Counted from the stretch's first letter, positions 33,415 to 43,083 are shown. The stretch: DNA of 64,000 nucleotides from Candidatus Limnocylindrales bacterium (GCA_035604955.1 DATNHM010000064.1:42362-106361), one strand, 5' to 3'. Notes: a model not told the origin generated them from the letters alone. Made by a program: numbers and translations.

Positions 33415-34344
33415 GTGCGCAAACTGTTTTGGATCATTTTAAGCCTGGGCCTTGGCGGCGGGTTCGCCACCACCCGCGCCGATACGCTTCAACTGGCGGA
33501 TGGCACCTCGGTTTCCGGCGACATTGTCATGATCAACGACAGCGGCGTCAAACTCCGGCTGCCGGACGACACCTATACCAACGTGGTATGGCCGAAGTTC
33601 TCCCAGGACGCGTTGAAGCAGCTCGGCAAAAACCCGAAAGCCAAATCGTTCGTCGAGCCGTTTATCGAAACCCCGCCGCCGCAACCCAAAAACGAGGCCA
33701 TCGAAATCCGCGACGTGTCGCGCCCGGAGTTGCCGCCGCCGGGTTCCCTGTTGGCAACGCTGCTGTCCTCGTCGGTGGGTTTTGTCGCCCTGTTGTTGAT
33801 TTACGCGGCCAACATCTACGCCGCCTATGAAATCGCCATCGTGCGCGCGCGACCCATCGGGATGGTGATGGGGGTGGCGGCGGTGTTGCCGATTCTGGGG
33901 CCGATTATTTTCCTTTCCCTGCCGATGCGCACGGAGGCGCCGCCGGATGAAACGCAAACCGAGGCGGAAGCACAGACCTACGCGGTGCCGGGCGCGGCGG
34001 CGCCGGTGGCGGCAGGCCTGTCCACGACGGGCATCCGCGTCGCCCCAGCGGGGGCGAAGGCCGGGCACCCGGAAGCCCAGGTGTTCCAGCGCGGCCAGTT
34101 CATGTTCAACCGCCGGTTTTTTGAAACGAAATTCTCCGGTTTCTTCAGTGTGATCCGGCGGCCGGCGGAAAAAGACCTGGTGCTCGTGATCAAAACCGCG
34201 CGCGCCCAGTTGATTGCCCAGCGCATCAGCCGCATCGCCGCCAACGAAGCGTACTTCGAGGTGGTCCAGGGCGGGAAGTCGCAGGAGGTCATGGTGCCGT
34301 TCGCCGACATCCAGGAAATTCAACTCAAACACAAGGACGCGTGA
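33415..34344 (+). CDS. hypothetical membrane protein
   Basis: GTG start; signal-like N-terminus MRKLFWIILSLGLGGGFA; two central TM helices; no motif recognised. Confidence 0.5.
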   Translation: MRKLFWIILSLGLGGGFATTRADTLQLADGTSVSGDIVMINDSGVKLRLPDDTYTNVVWPKFSQDALKQLGKNPKAKSFVEPFIETPPPQPKNEAIEIRDVSRPELPPPGSLLATLLSSSVGFVALLLIYAANIYAAYEIAIVRARPIGMVMGVAAVLPILGPIIFLSLPMRTEAPPDETQTEAEAQTYAVPGAAAPVAAGLSTTGIRVAPAGAKAGHPEAQVFQRGQFMFNRRFFETKFSGFFSVIRRPAEKDLVLVIKTARAQLIAQRISRIAANEAYFEVVQGGKSQEVMVPFADIQEIQLKHKDA

Positions 34345-34435
34345 AGAGTGACACGTGGCGAGTGACGGGTGACGTGAAGGACAGCCCGGTCCTGCGCCAA
34401 ATGTTCCCGTCACCCGCCACCCGTCACCCGGCACC
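34341..34435. repeat. inverted pair of (GTGACGR)/(CGTCACC) arrays forming a long hairpin
   Basis: gtgaagagtgacacgtggcgagtgacgggtgacgtgaagg - 26 nt - ccgtcacccgccacccgtcacccggcacc. It spans the upstream stop codon and ends 3 nt before the adk ATG. Confidence 0.8.
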
Positions 34436-34438
34436 CCT

Positions 34439-35017
34439 ATGAAATACCGCACGATTCTCATGTTTGGCGCGCCCGGCTCGGGCAAGGGCACGCATGGCCG
34501 GAACCTCGGCGTCATTCCGGGTTTTTTCCATTGCGCCTGCGGCGACGTCTTCCGCAACCTCCGTCCGGACAGTCCGCTCGGCAAAGTCTTTCTCGAACAT
34601 TCCAGCCAGGGCGAGCTGGTGCCGGACCAGCCGACGATTGAACTCTGGCGGCAATACATTGAAACCAGCACGAAAATCGGGCGGTTTCATCCCGGCGAGG
34701 ACACGCTGGTGCTCGACGGCATTCCCCGGAGCGTGCCGCAGGCTGAGATGTTGAGCGACACGCTCGACGTCGTGGCCATGTTTTACCTTACTTCCAGCCG
34801 GGAAAACCTCGTCGCCCGCATGCAGCGCCGCGCCATGAAGGACAACCGCCTCGACGACGCGAACCTCGACGTCATCCGCCAGCGCCTCAAGACTTACGAG
34901 AAGGAAACCAAGCCCGTCATCAATTTCTACGGCAAGAAGCTCGTCCACCGCATCAACACCGACCAGCCGCCGGTAAAGACGTTTCTCGACATCCTCAAAC
35001 AGGTCGTGAAGCTTTGA
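34439..35017 (+). CDS. adk: adenylate kinase family protein
   Basis: P-loop GAPGSGKGT, then CACGDVFR and LVLDGIPRS motifs. Confidence 0.75.
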   Translation: MKYRTILMFGAPGSGKGTHGRNLGVIPGFFHCACGDVFRNLRPDSPLGKVFLEHSSQGELVPDQPTIELWRQYIETSTKIGRFHPGEDTLVLDGIPRSVPQAEMLSDTLDVVAMFYLTSSRENLVARMQRRAMKDNRLDDANLDVIRQRLKTYEKETKPVINFYGKKLVHRINTDQPPVKTFLDILKQVVKL

Positions 35018-35030
35018 CCGCTCAAAAATT

Positions 35031-35094
35031 GTAGCAGCGGACGTGAGTCCGCTCCATATTTCTGAGAAATGAGCCGACTCATGTCGGCTGCTAC
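35031..35094. repeat. inverted REP doublet of a GTAGCAGC-headed class
   Basis: GTAGCAGCGGACGTGAGTCCGCTC (35031..35054) and its near-complement gagccgactcatgtcggctgctac (35071..35094); each arm has its own 6-bp hairpin. Confidence 0.75.
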
Positions 35095-35095
35095 G

Positions 35096-36097
35096 ATGAA
35101 AGAACTAAAGATCGTTTTCATGGGCACGGCGGAGTTGTCCTGTGCCAGTCTCGAAGCGCTGGCGCGCGACCAACAATTCCCGGTGGCCGCCGTCGTCACC
35201 CAGCCTGACCGGCCCAAAGGCCGCGAACTCAAACTGCAACCGTCACCGGTCAAGGCGCTGGCGCAGAAATTAAGCCTCCCGGTGCTGCAACCGGCAAAAG
35301 CGCGTGACGAAAAATTCATCGCGGAACTGCGCGGACTGGCGCCCGAGCTTATTGTGGTGGTCGCCTACGGCCAGATTTTGCCGCAGAGCATCCTGGATTT
35401 GCCGCGGCACGGCTGCCTGAACGTTCACACGTCGCTGCTGCCAAAGTATCGCGGCGCAGCGCCCATCCAATGGGCGATCGCCAACGGCGACGCTGAAACC
35501 GGGGCGACCCTCATGAAAATGGATGCCGGGCTGGACACCGGGCCGATCGTTGCCCAACGGCGCACGCCGATTCAACCGGCGGACGATTCCGCCACACTCC
35601 ACGACCGGCTGGCCAGACTCGGCGCCGAACTGCTCAGGGCAACCATTCCCGATTATGTCGCCGGCAAAATCCAGCCGCGACCGCAGCCGGTTGACGGCGT
35701 CAGTCACGCGCCGAAAATCAAAAAAGAGGACGGGCGGATTGACTGGAATCTGCCGGCGCAAACGATTGTGAACCGGCTTCGCGCCTTCACGCCGTGGCCG
35801 GGGGCTTACACGTTTTCGTTGGGAGTTCCGCCTTCAGACGGCAAGGCACAACTGCCTGAAGGCGGAACTCCAAACGTGGCGCATTCAACCCTTCTGAAAA
35901 TCTGGAAAGTTGAACCGGTTGAAAAATCCGGTGCGCCCGGAACGATTTTATCGGCGGACAAAAATGGGATTGTGGCCGCCTGCGGCCAGGGCGCATTGCG
36001 GATCCTGGAATTGCAACGAGAAGGCGGCCGGCGGATGAACACGGCGGAGTTTCTGGCGGGGCATCCGCTGACACCCGGCGCGAAATTTAAAAGGTAG
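35096..36097 (+). CDS. fmt: methionyl-tRNA formyltransferase
   Basis: KIVFMGTAE...VVTQPDRPKGRELKLQPSPVK...HTSLLPKYRGAAPIQWAI. Contains a 50-bp perfect-stem palindrome at 35822..35871; the ATG at 35096 lies just past the REP doublet. Confidence 0.85.
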   Translation: MKELKIVFMGTAELSCASLEALARDQQFPVAAVVTQPDRPKGRELKLQPSPVKALAQKLSLPVLQPAKARDEKFIAELRGLAPELIVVVAYGQILPQSILDLPRHGCLNVHTSLLPKYRGAAPIQWAIANGDAETGATLMKMDAGLDTGPIVAQRRTPIQPADDSATLHDRLARLGAELLRATIPDYVAGKIQPRPQPVDGVSHAPKIKKEDGRIDWNLPAQTIVNRLRAFTPWPGAYTFSLGVPPSDGKAQLPEGGTPNVAHSTLLKIWKVEPVEKSGAPGTILSADKNGIVAACGQGALRILELQREGGRRMNTAEFLAGHPLTPGAKFKR

Positions 36098-36184
36098 GGA
36101 CACCCGCGCTGCGGTGTCCACGGCGGTAAGGCCGCCGGAATCTTGCGCCCGTTGGGGCGCGGACAGCGCAGCGCGCGTCCCTAC
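36094..36184. repeat. GTAGGGAC...GTCCCTAC bounded multi-hairpin REP-like element between convergent genes
   Basis: gtagggacacccgcgctgcggtgtcc ... ggcggtaaggccgcc ... gcgcccgttggggcgc ... ggacagcgcagcgcgcgtccctac. The TAG stops of fmt (36095..36097) and arsC (36181..36183, minus) lie inside the two GTAG heads. Confidence 0.75.
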
Positions 36185-36615
36185 CCTGCCATCGCATCCT
36201 TCAACCCGGCGGCGTAAGCCTCAAACACGCGGCGCATCTCGTCGCGGACCCGGCGGAAGGAATTCAGAATTTCCTCCTCGCTGCCGGTCGCCCGGGCCGG
36301 ATCCAGAAACGGCCAATGATGGCGCTGCAACTGGCCGGGAAACACCGGGCAGCCCTGGTCCAGATTGCCGCAGACGGTGATGACGGTGCGAATCGGTTGG
36401 CCGAGAAATTCCTTCAGATGCTTCGAACGATGGCCGGAAAGGTCAATGCCCACCTCGGCCATGACCTTGATGGCCAGCGGATGAACGTAGCCGGTCGGGT
36501 GGGAACCGGCACTTTCAACGTTGACGAACTCGCCCGCCGCCGCTCGCAGAAAGCCTTCGGCGATATGGCTGCGGCAGGAGTTGCCGGTGCAAAGAATGAG
36601 GACAGTGGGTTTCAT
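36181..36615 (-). CDS. arsC: arsenate reductase, LMW-PTPase (thioredoxin-coupled) type
   Basis: VLILCTGNSCRSHIAEGF is a CX5R(S/T) P-loop; additional Cys later in the protein. Confidence 0.85.
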   Translation of the reverse strand: MKPTVLILCTGNSCRSHIAEGFLRAAAGEFVNVESAGSHPTGYVHPLAIKVMAEVGIDLSGHRSKHLKEFLGQPIRTVITVCGNLDQGCPVFPGQLQRHHWPFLDPARATGSEEEILNSFRRVRDEMRRVFEAYAAGLKDAMAG

Positions 36616-36717
36616 AAAATGGGAAAACATCGAACATTCAACGTTCAACTTCGAACTTCCAATTAAAGAAACCCAAGCTCCCTGGATATTGGGCGTTGAA
36701 TGTGGAATGTTGAATGT

Positions 36718-37800
36718 TCATGCGGTTATTTCGCCCGATTGGTACCAGCCGCGCGACTGGTTGCAGACGTGGCAGACGGACAGCATCACCGGCACTTCCA
36801 CCAGTACACCGACTACCGTGGCCAGCGCCGCGCCGGAGCCGGGGCCGAACAGGGTGATGGCCACGGCCACGGCCAGTTCAAAGAAGTTGCTGGCGCCGAT
36901 GAGCGCGCCAGGCGAGGCGACATTGTGCGGCACCTTGAACCGCCGCATCAGCAGGTAGGCCAGCGACGAATTGAAATACACCTGAATGACAATCGGCACG
37001 GCCAGCAACAGCACCGCGAACCATCGCGTCGTCAGGTTCTCGGCCTGAAAGGCGAAGATGAGCACCAGCGTCAACAGCAGCGCCCCGATCATTACCGGAT
37101 GAAATTTCGGCAGGAAATTTTGCTCAAACCAGCCTTTGCCGTGTGATTTCAAAAGCGCGGTGCGGGTCAGCCAGCCGGCGGTCAGCGGAATGACGATGAA
37201 CACCACAACCGAGGTGATGAGCACTTTGGCCGGCACAATGACATGGGCCACGCCGCACAGAAACATGACGATGGGCGCGAACGCAAACAGCATGATGAGG
37301 TCGTTCACCGCCACCTGCACGAGCGTGTAAGCCGGGTCACCGTCGGTGAGGTAGCTCCACACAAAGACCATGGCCGTGCACGGTGCGGCGGCGAGGATGA
37401 TGAGACCGGCGGTGTAATTTTTCGCCATTTCCGGCTCAATCCAGGCGGCAAAAATGTGCTGCATGAACAACCACGCCAGGAAGGCCATGCTGAACGGCTT
37501 GACCAGCCAGTTGACGAACAAGGTCACGGCGAGCCCCTTGGGTTTGCGCGCGATGCCGCCCAGCGCAGTAAAATCCACCTTGAGCATCATCGGATAAATC
37601 ATCAGCCAAAGCAGGACGCCGATGGGAACGTTGACCTGTGAACCCTGGCCGAATTGCAGCCGGCTCAGTTGGGCGGTGAAGGCGGGGGCGAGTTTGCCCA
37701 GCGCCACGCCGGCGACCATGCAGAGAAAAACCCAGACGGTCAGGTAACGCTCGAAGAACGCGAGACGTTTCGGGGCGGGTTTGTCGGTTTGATTATTCAT
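36718..37800 (-). CDS. acr3: ACR3-family arsenite efflux permease
   Basis: 360 aa, 10 TM; FFERYLTVWVFLCMVAGVALG and the conserved AAPCTAMV segment. Confidence 0.85.
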   Translation of the reverse strand: MNNQTDKPAPKRLAFFERYLTVWVFLCMVAGVALGKLAPAFTAQLSRLQFGQGSQVNVPIGVLLWLMIYPMMLKVDFTALGGIARKPKGLAVTLFVNWLVKPFSMAFLAWLFMQHIFAAWIEPEMAKNYTAGLIILAAAPCTAMVFVWSYLTDGDPAYTLVQVAVNDLIMLFAFAPIVMFLCGVAHVIVPAKVLITSVVVFIVIPLTAGWLTRTALLKSHGKGWFEQNFLPKFHPVMIGALLLTLVLIFAFQAENLTTRWFAVLLLAVPIVIQVYFNSSLAYLLMRRFKVPHNVASPGALIGASNFFELAVAVAITLFGPGSGAALATVVGVLVEVPVMLSVCHVCNQSRGWYQSGEITA

Positions 37801-37810
37801 GGTTCAGATT

Positions 37811-38506
37811 TCATGCCGTCCACAGCAGATAGCCACCCGCCAGCAGCACCAGCGCGCCGCAGACGAATTTCACGACGCTCACGCCTTTGGATTTTTCGTT
37901 CCAATGTAAAAAGCGTTGAACGATTTCGGTGGAGGTCCCGGCCAGCACAATCACCGCGCAATGGCCGACGCCGTAGGCCAGCAGCAGCGAAGCGCCGTAG
38001 AAGGGCGCGGTCTTTGCGAGCTTGAAAGTGACGCCGAGCATCGGGGCCATGTAGGCAAAGGTGCAAGGACCAAGCGCAATCCCAAAGACGAGACCGAGAA
38101 TCAAAGCGGCGAGCAGACCTTTGCGTTTCAAACCGACTTGCCCCGGCCCGGACCACGGCATGGGAATCAAGCCAAGCAGGTGCAGACCGACGGCGAAGAA
38201 AATGACCGCAACAAAGTAATTTCCGTAACGGCCGAGGTCGCCCAGCATCCGGCCCGCTGCCGCCGTGATCGCGCCAATCGCCGCAATCGTCACCAGGATG
38301 CCCACGGCGAAAAGCGTGGAAGTCCAAAACGCGCGCTTCGCCGTCGCCTGGCCTTGTTCGCTGATAAAGCCCACGATGAGGGGAATGCTCGCCAGATGGC
38401 ACGGGCTTAAAACGATGCTCAACACACCCCACGCCACCGCCGCCGCCAGCGCGATCGCTGGCACGCCTTCAACGGCATGACTCAAAGTGGTGAACAGCGT
38501 TTCCAC
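37811..38506 (-). CDS. ccdA: CcdA/DsbD-family transmembrane thiol-disulfide electron transporter
   Basis: 231 aa, six TM, with conserved Cys in TM1 (LSPCHLASIP) and TM4 (ALGPCTFAY). Confidence 0.75.
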   Translation of the reverse strand: METLFTTLSHAVEGVPAIALAAAVAWGVLSIVLSPCHLASIPLIVGFISEQGQATAKRAFWTSTLFAVGILVTIAAIGAITAAAGRMLGDLGRYGNYFVAVIFFAVGLHLLGLIPMPWSGPGQVGLKRKGLLAALILGLVFGIALGPCTFAYMAPMLGVTFKLAKTAPFYGASLLLAYGVGHCAVIVLAGTSTEIVQRFLHWNEKSKGVSVVKFVCGALVLLAGGYLLWTA

Positions 38507-38512
38507 GTCTGG

Positions 38513-38989
38513 TTATTTTGATTTTTTCAAATCCACGCCGAGTTCCTTCCACTGGGCGAGAATGTCGTCTTTGGAAAAGAATCCGATATGGCGGAACAGT
38601 TCGTTTCCCTTCGCATCGAAAAAGATTTGCGTGGGAATGATTTCGATTTTGAATGGCTTCCCGGCATCGGGATTTTTCCAGACATCAATAAACTCCACGT
38701 CCAGCTTGCCCGCGTAATCTTTTTTCAACTCCTCCAGAATGGGCGCCATCATTTTGCAGGGAATACACTTGTTCGCGCCGAGATCCAAAAGTTTGGGCAA
38801 CGCGTTCGTTTGCGGCGGCACGTCCGGCGCGTTGGTCAGGGCGACGGTGGAAAATGCCGTCAAGTTTGCCAGCATCGGGCAGCACGCGCCGCCTGATCCG
38901 GCGGGACGGCTCGCTTGCGTGAGTGCCAAGGCCGTGCCCACGACGGCCACCAATGCCAACGCCAATCCGATTCGAGTGTTTTTGTTCAT
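38513..38989 (-). CDS. secreted thioredoxin-fold protein (TlpA-like)
   Basis: Signal peptide MNKNTRIGLALALVAVVGTALA; active site CIPC in GANKCIPCKMMAP. Confidence 0.75.
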   Translation of the reverse strand: MNKNTRIGLALALVAVVGTALALTQASRPAGSGGACCPMLANLTAFSTVALTNAPDVPPQTNALPKLLDLGANKCIPCKMMAPILEELKKDYAGKLDVEFIDVWKNPDAGKPFKIEIIPTQIFFDAKGNELFRHIGFFSKDDILAQWKELGVDLKKSK

Positions 38990-38997
38990 AGCTTTTG

Positions 38998-39259
38998 TTA
39001 TTTGGTTGATGGTTCAGTTTGCGTTTGCCGGAGCATGATTTTAAGTTCATCCAGCGTCGGAACTTTGCCCGCCACCTTGACGGTGTTGTTCACCACCAGC
39101 GCGGGCGGTTGTCATCACGCCGAACAGCATGATGGTTTTCAAATCGCTGATCTTTTTAATTTCACAGGCCAGCCCGATTTCGCTGGCGGCTTGCGTCGTC
39201 AACGCTTGCAGCTTGGCGCATTTCGCACAGCCAGTTCCAAGGATGAGCAGAGTATTCAT
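38998..39259 (-). pseudogene. small thioredoxin-like protein (MTH_895/ArsE-type) with an apparent +1 frameshift
   Basis: MNTLLILGTGCAKCAKL...LFGVMTT, then the frame breaks. Deleting one base near 39106 restores PALVVNNTVKVAGKVPTLDELKIML..*. The gene is 262 nt long (3n+1). Confidence 0.65.
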
Positions 39260-39275
39260 GAGGGAAACCACAGCG

Positions 39276-39716
39276 TTAACAGCAACCGGCTCCGCACATT
39301 TCCGCGCACCACGCCTCAACCTTCGCATTGATCATGTCCCGAATTTCGCGGGTCCTGGCCAGTTTTTCCTCATGCGTGCCTGGCACGGCGGACGGATCGG
39401 GAAAACTCCATTGCAGCCGCTGGATGGCACCGGGGAAGATCGGGCAGCGTTCCGCGCTCGCCTCGTCACAAACGGTGATGACGCAGGCAAACATCTTGCC
39501 GGTCTTGAACAGGTCGAACACCGACTTGGTCGGATTGCCGGAAATATCAATGCCGATTTCCTGCATCGCCTCAACGACGACCGGATTCAATTTGCCTGGC
39601 TCCAGTCCCGCGCTCTGCGCTTCAAATTCATTCGGGCAAAGTTGGTTTAGAAACGCCTCGGCCATCTGGCTGCGGGCGCTGTTGTGGATGCAAACGAACA
39701 AGACACGATTTTTCAT
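39276..39716 (-). CDS. arsC: arsenate reductase, LMW-PTPase type (second copy)
   Basis: [20 protein letters not shown]-loop; redox Cys pair in [18 protein letters not shown]. Confidence 0.85.
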   Translation of the reverse strand: MKNRVLFVCIHNSARSQMAEAFLNQLCPNEFEAQSAGLEPGKLNPVVVEAMQEIGIDISGNPTKSVFDLFKTGKMFACVITVCDEASAERCPIFPGAIQRLQWSFPDPSAVPGTHEEKLARTREIRDMINAKVEAWCAEMCGAGCC

Positions 39717-39721
39717 GGCGG

Positions 39722-41518
39722 CTATATTGGTTGAGTTGCGGTTTCAAAAAATTGCTGCAGTCGTTCCGGTCCGGCCGGTTCTTCTGTCACCCAGGGCACC
39801 AGCGCCGTGCGCTGGGAAAGTTTTTCGGTGACTTCGCGGATGAATGGGACTTCACCGTTCCCCCTCGCCACCAGCAGCGGATCGCGCGAGCCGCTTTCGG
39901 CAAAGCTCTGGTTGATTACCCAGCCGAACGGCTCGATGTGCGCCCGCCGCAAGTCCTCTTGCAGCGACGCCGCCTCGTGAACCGGCGTGGCTTCCGGCAG
40001 TGTCACCACCAGCACGCGGGTATAATCGGCATCCCGCAGGCGGGGGAGAAGTTGTTGCACTTCTTCCGGCAGATCGCTCGCCTTGCGCGCAATTTCGCGA
40101 TGATAAGACTCCGTCGCATCCAGCAGCAGCAGCGTGTGGCCGGTCGGGGCCGTGTCGAGCACCACAAACGCATCCTTGCCTTGCGCCACCGTCCGCGCGA
40201 ACGCCCGGAACACCGCGATTTCTTCCGTACAGGGCGAACGCAAATCTTCCTCCAGCAAGGCACGGCCATTGGCGTCGAGATTCTTTCCGGCCGTCGCCAT
40301 CACCTGCTCGACGTAGCTCCGCGTCTCGGCCTGCGGGTCAATCCGGCTGACGTACAAGCCTTCTGCTTTTCCCGCCGCCACGGCGATATGCGCCGCCGGA
40401 TCGGTCGTGCTCAAATATACCTGGTGCCCGCGCCGGACCAGCTCCGTCGCAATGGCCGCGGCAATGGTCGTCTTGCCCACGCCGCCTTTACCCATCGTCA
40501 TCACCACGCCGTTCCCCGCTTGAGCCAGTTCATCCACCAGTTCCGACAACGATTCAGTTGGCGGCAACACGCAACCGTTGGCTTCTTCGGCAGCAGCGAA
40601 AACCGGAACTGCCGGCGGCGCGACCAGCGCCCGCAAGGCCGGAATGCCGACGAGATTAAAAGAGCGCAGCGCCACTTTCGTAACCGGCATCCTTTTTAGA
40701 AAATCATTTGCTGCCGCCAGCGCAGCCTGCCCGCGTTGTTGCAACGCCAGTGCCACCGGATCACCTGCCACGGCCTGAAACAGCCCGTTCAAAATCAGCC
40801 GTTGGTTGCGCACGCCAATCGCCGCCAGTTCGTTGCTCGTGCGCTCCGCTTCGGTCAACGCCGCCCGTTGCGCCCGGCTGACGAGCACCAGCGCCGTGAG
40901 CCTGGCGTCCGCCAACGAGGCCACGGCCTTTTCATAAATCACCCGCTGTTTCTCCAATCCCGCCAGCGGCCCGAGACACGAATTGCCCGTCGTGTTGTTT
41001 TCAAAAAATCCCGTCCACGCTCCGGGCAATGACAAAAGCCGCAGCGTGTGGCCCGTTGGCGCGGTGTCAAAAATAACGTGGTCAAAATCCGCCGTTGCTT
41101 CGGGTTGGCCGAGCAAACGGGAAAATTCATCAAATGCCGCAATCTCCATTGTGCAGGCGCCGGAAAGTTGTTCCTCCATGCTTCGCACAATCGCGTCGGG
41201 CAGCTTGCCGCGATACGGCCCGACCAGCTTTTCACGATATGCCGCCGCCGCCGCTGCCGGATCAATGTTCAACGCCGCCAGCCGGGGCACGCCGGGAATT
41301 TCCGTCGGCACGGTCGTAAGTTTCACGCCGAGGACTTCATCCAGATTGGAGGCCGGATCGGTGCTGACCAGCAGCACGCGCCAGCCACGGTCGGCCAGGG
41401 CAATGGCTGCGGCGCACGCCAGCGAGGTTTTGCCCACGCCGCCTTTGCCCGTGAAAAACAGGAACCGCGTCGGCGATTCCAAAAATCGGGCGAGCGATGG
41501 TTCAGGGTTCGTGGTCAT
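39722..41518 (-). CDS. arsA: arsenite-stimulated ATPase ArsA (two-domain)
   Basis: Two P-loops ([18 protein letters not shown]) and two DTAPTGHTL signal-transduction motifs; ATGA overlap with arsD. Confidence 0.9.
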   Translation of the reverse strand: MTTNPEPSLARFLESPTRFLFFTGKGGVGKTSLACAAAIALADRGWRVLLVSTDPASNLDEVLGVKLTTVPTEIPGVPRLAALNIDPAAAAAAYREKLVGPYRGKLPDAIVRSMEEQLSGACTMEIAAFDEFSRLLGQPEATADFDHVIFDTAPTGHTLRLLSLPGAWTGFFENNTTGNSCLGPLAGLEKQRVIYEKAVASLADARLTALVLVSRAQRAALTEAERTSNELAAIGVRNQRLILNGLFQAVAGDPVALALQQRGQAALAAANDFLKRMPVTKVALRSFNLVGIPALRALVAPPAVPVFAAAEEANGCVLPPTESLSELVDELAQAGNGVVMTMGKGGVGKTTIAAAIATELVRRGHQVYLSTTDPAAHIAVAAGKAEGLYVSRIDPQAETRSYVEQVMATAGKNLDANGRALLEEDLRSPCTEEIAVFRAFARTVAQGKDAFVVLDTAPTGHTLLLLDATESYHREIARKASDLPEEVQQLLPRLRDADYTRVLVVTLPEATPVHEAASLQEDLRRAHIEPFGWVINQSFAESGSRDPLLVARGNGEVPFIREVTEKLSQRTALVPWVTEEPAGPERLQQFFETATQPI

Positions 41519-41892
41519 CAGCAATTGCCTCCGCCACAGCAGCAACTTGATTTCGCGGCCTTGCCGGACGCTGGAGCTTTCAGGTTGAGCAGTCCGGCCA
41601 GTTCCTTGCGGTCGAGGTAACGACCGGTCACCGCCACCTGGCCGTTCACCAGCAGGAGCGGCAGCGCCGCTTCGCCTTTTTCCGTGAGCGTCGCTTGCAC
41701 CAGTTTGTTTTCCACGAACGCCGCCGGGTTCTGCGCCAGGTTGTGCCGCTGGACAATCACGCCTTCCGACTTGAGCCAGTCCAGATCAGCGGCAAATTGG
41801 ACGAGTTTGGGGTCAACGTCCGGCCCGCAAACACCGGTCGAGCAGCACATGGCCGGGTCGAATACTTGAATGATTTGGGTGTTCAGTTTCAT
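41518..41892 (-). CDS. arsD: arsenic metallochaperone/repressor ArsD
   Basis: VFDPAMCCSTGVCGPDVDP is the N-terminal Cys12/13/18 motif. Confidence 0.9.
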   Translation of the reverse strand: MKLNTQIIQVFDPAMCCSTGVCGPDVDPKLVQFAADLDWLKSEGVIVQRHNLAQNPAAFVENKLVQATLTEKGEAALPLLLVNGQVAVTGRYLDRKELAGLLNLKAPASGKAAKSSCCCGGGNC

Positions 41893-41928
41893 AAATTTTA
41901 TGGTTTGCTTTGTTGCCGGCTGTTTACC

Positions 41929-43083
41929 TTACCCGCAGCACTGGCCGCCAGCCGGAGTCTCGCTCGCGGCTGGCGCGCCGCGGCACGGATCGCTCGCGTC
42001 CGCCGGTTGGCTCAATCCGGCACCGGTCAGCCGGGCCGCCAATCGTAAAACCGCCTGATGCGGCGAGTCCTGCACGGTTGCGCCAGTTTCCACCGCCCGC
42101 GCCATGACGGCCTTCGACACTCCGAGTTGCTGCGCCTGGTGATAGTGATGTTTCAGGCACGGTTCGCAGTTCGCCGCGATCGCCGAGCCGATGGCCACTA
42201 ATTCATTCACAGCCGCAGAGTAGTCCACGGTTGAGACCGGTTTGCGCGCCTGGATTTCCAGGCTGGTGACGAAATCGGCGGCGTTGGTTCCCACCGGCAG
42301 ATGTTTGGCGATTTTTTGGTAGAGCGGGTCCTTCCAATCCGCCTTGGCCTTGAGAAAACTGGATTTCTTCGTGAGTACGATGCCTGTCAAGCCCGCCGCG
42401 TGCGCCATGTGTTCGGTTTTCTCCACGAGCACGGCACCGGCCACGCAGCCGATGACCGCCTCGACCATTTCGCGGACGGCCGGCGGCAGCGGCCGCAGCA
42501 ACGCCAGATCGGAAACGGCAACCCGCCCGCCCGGTTTGAGCACACGGGCCAACTCGCGCCACACCTGCGGTTTATCCGGCGAAAGATTAATGACGCAATT
42601 GGAGATAACCACATCGACGCTGTGGTCGGCGACGGGCAGATGCTCAATTTCGCCGAGGCGGAACTCGACGTTATCCAGACCGGTCTGTTTGGCATAACTG
42701 GCAGCATTGCGGCGCGCCTTGCCGAGCATTTCCGGCGTCATGTCCACGCCGATAGCGCGGCCCGTCGCGCCGACTTTGCGTCCGGCGATGAACACGTCGA
42801 AACCGCCGCCACTGCCGAGGTCGAGCACGGTTTCGCCAGGTTTTAACGAGGCCAGGGCGGCCGGATTACCACAGGAAAGCCCCAGGTTCGCTCCTTCGGG
42901 CAGCGCGGTTAACTCCTCGGCCGAGTAGCCGATTTTTTGCGCCAGGTCCTGTGGGGTGATTTGCTTGCCGCCGCAGCCACAGGAACGGGACCGGCTGGAG
43001 GTTTTACGGGTCGCAATGGCGGCATAACCTTTGCGCACCATTTCGTGCACGGTTTGTTGAGCATGGGTTGCGGTTGTTTTCAT
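41929..43083 (-). CDS. arsM: arsenite S-adenosylmethionine methyltransferase fused to a C-terminal AhpD/CMD-like CxxC domain
   Basis: SAM motif VLDLGSGGGFD, ArsM Cys (SCGCGG, LSCGNP, NCVINL). The last ~110 aa contain IAANCEPCLKHHYHQAQQLGVS, typical of carboxymuconolactone-decarboxylase/AhpD-core proteins. Confidence 0.75.
   Translation of the reverse strand: MKTTATHAQQTVHEMVRKGYAAIATRKTSSRSRSCGCGGKQITPQDLAQKIGYSAEELTALPEGANLGLSCGNPAALASLKPGETVLDLGSGGGFDVFIAGRKVGATGRAIGVDMTPEMLGKARRNAASYAKQTGLDNVEFRLGEIEHLPVADHSVDVVISNCVINLSPDKPQVWRELARVLKPGGRVAVSDLALLRPLPPAVREMVEAVIGCVAGAVLVEKTEHMAHAAGLTGIVLTKKSSFLKAKADWKDPLYQKIAKHLPVGTNAADFVTSLEIQARKPVSTVDYSAAVNELVAIGSAIAANCEPCLKHHYHQAQQLGVSKAVMARAVETGATVQDSPHQAVLRLAARLTGAGLSQPADASDPCRGAPAASETPAGGQCCG

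Noticed and set aside
33439-34671. 410-aa minus-strand ORF.
   Set aside because: It is antisense to the 33415..34344 gene and to adk. It crosses a heptamer hairpin and has a low-complexity RRR/GGG composition.
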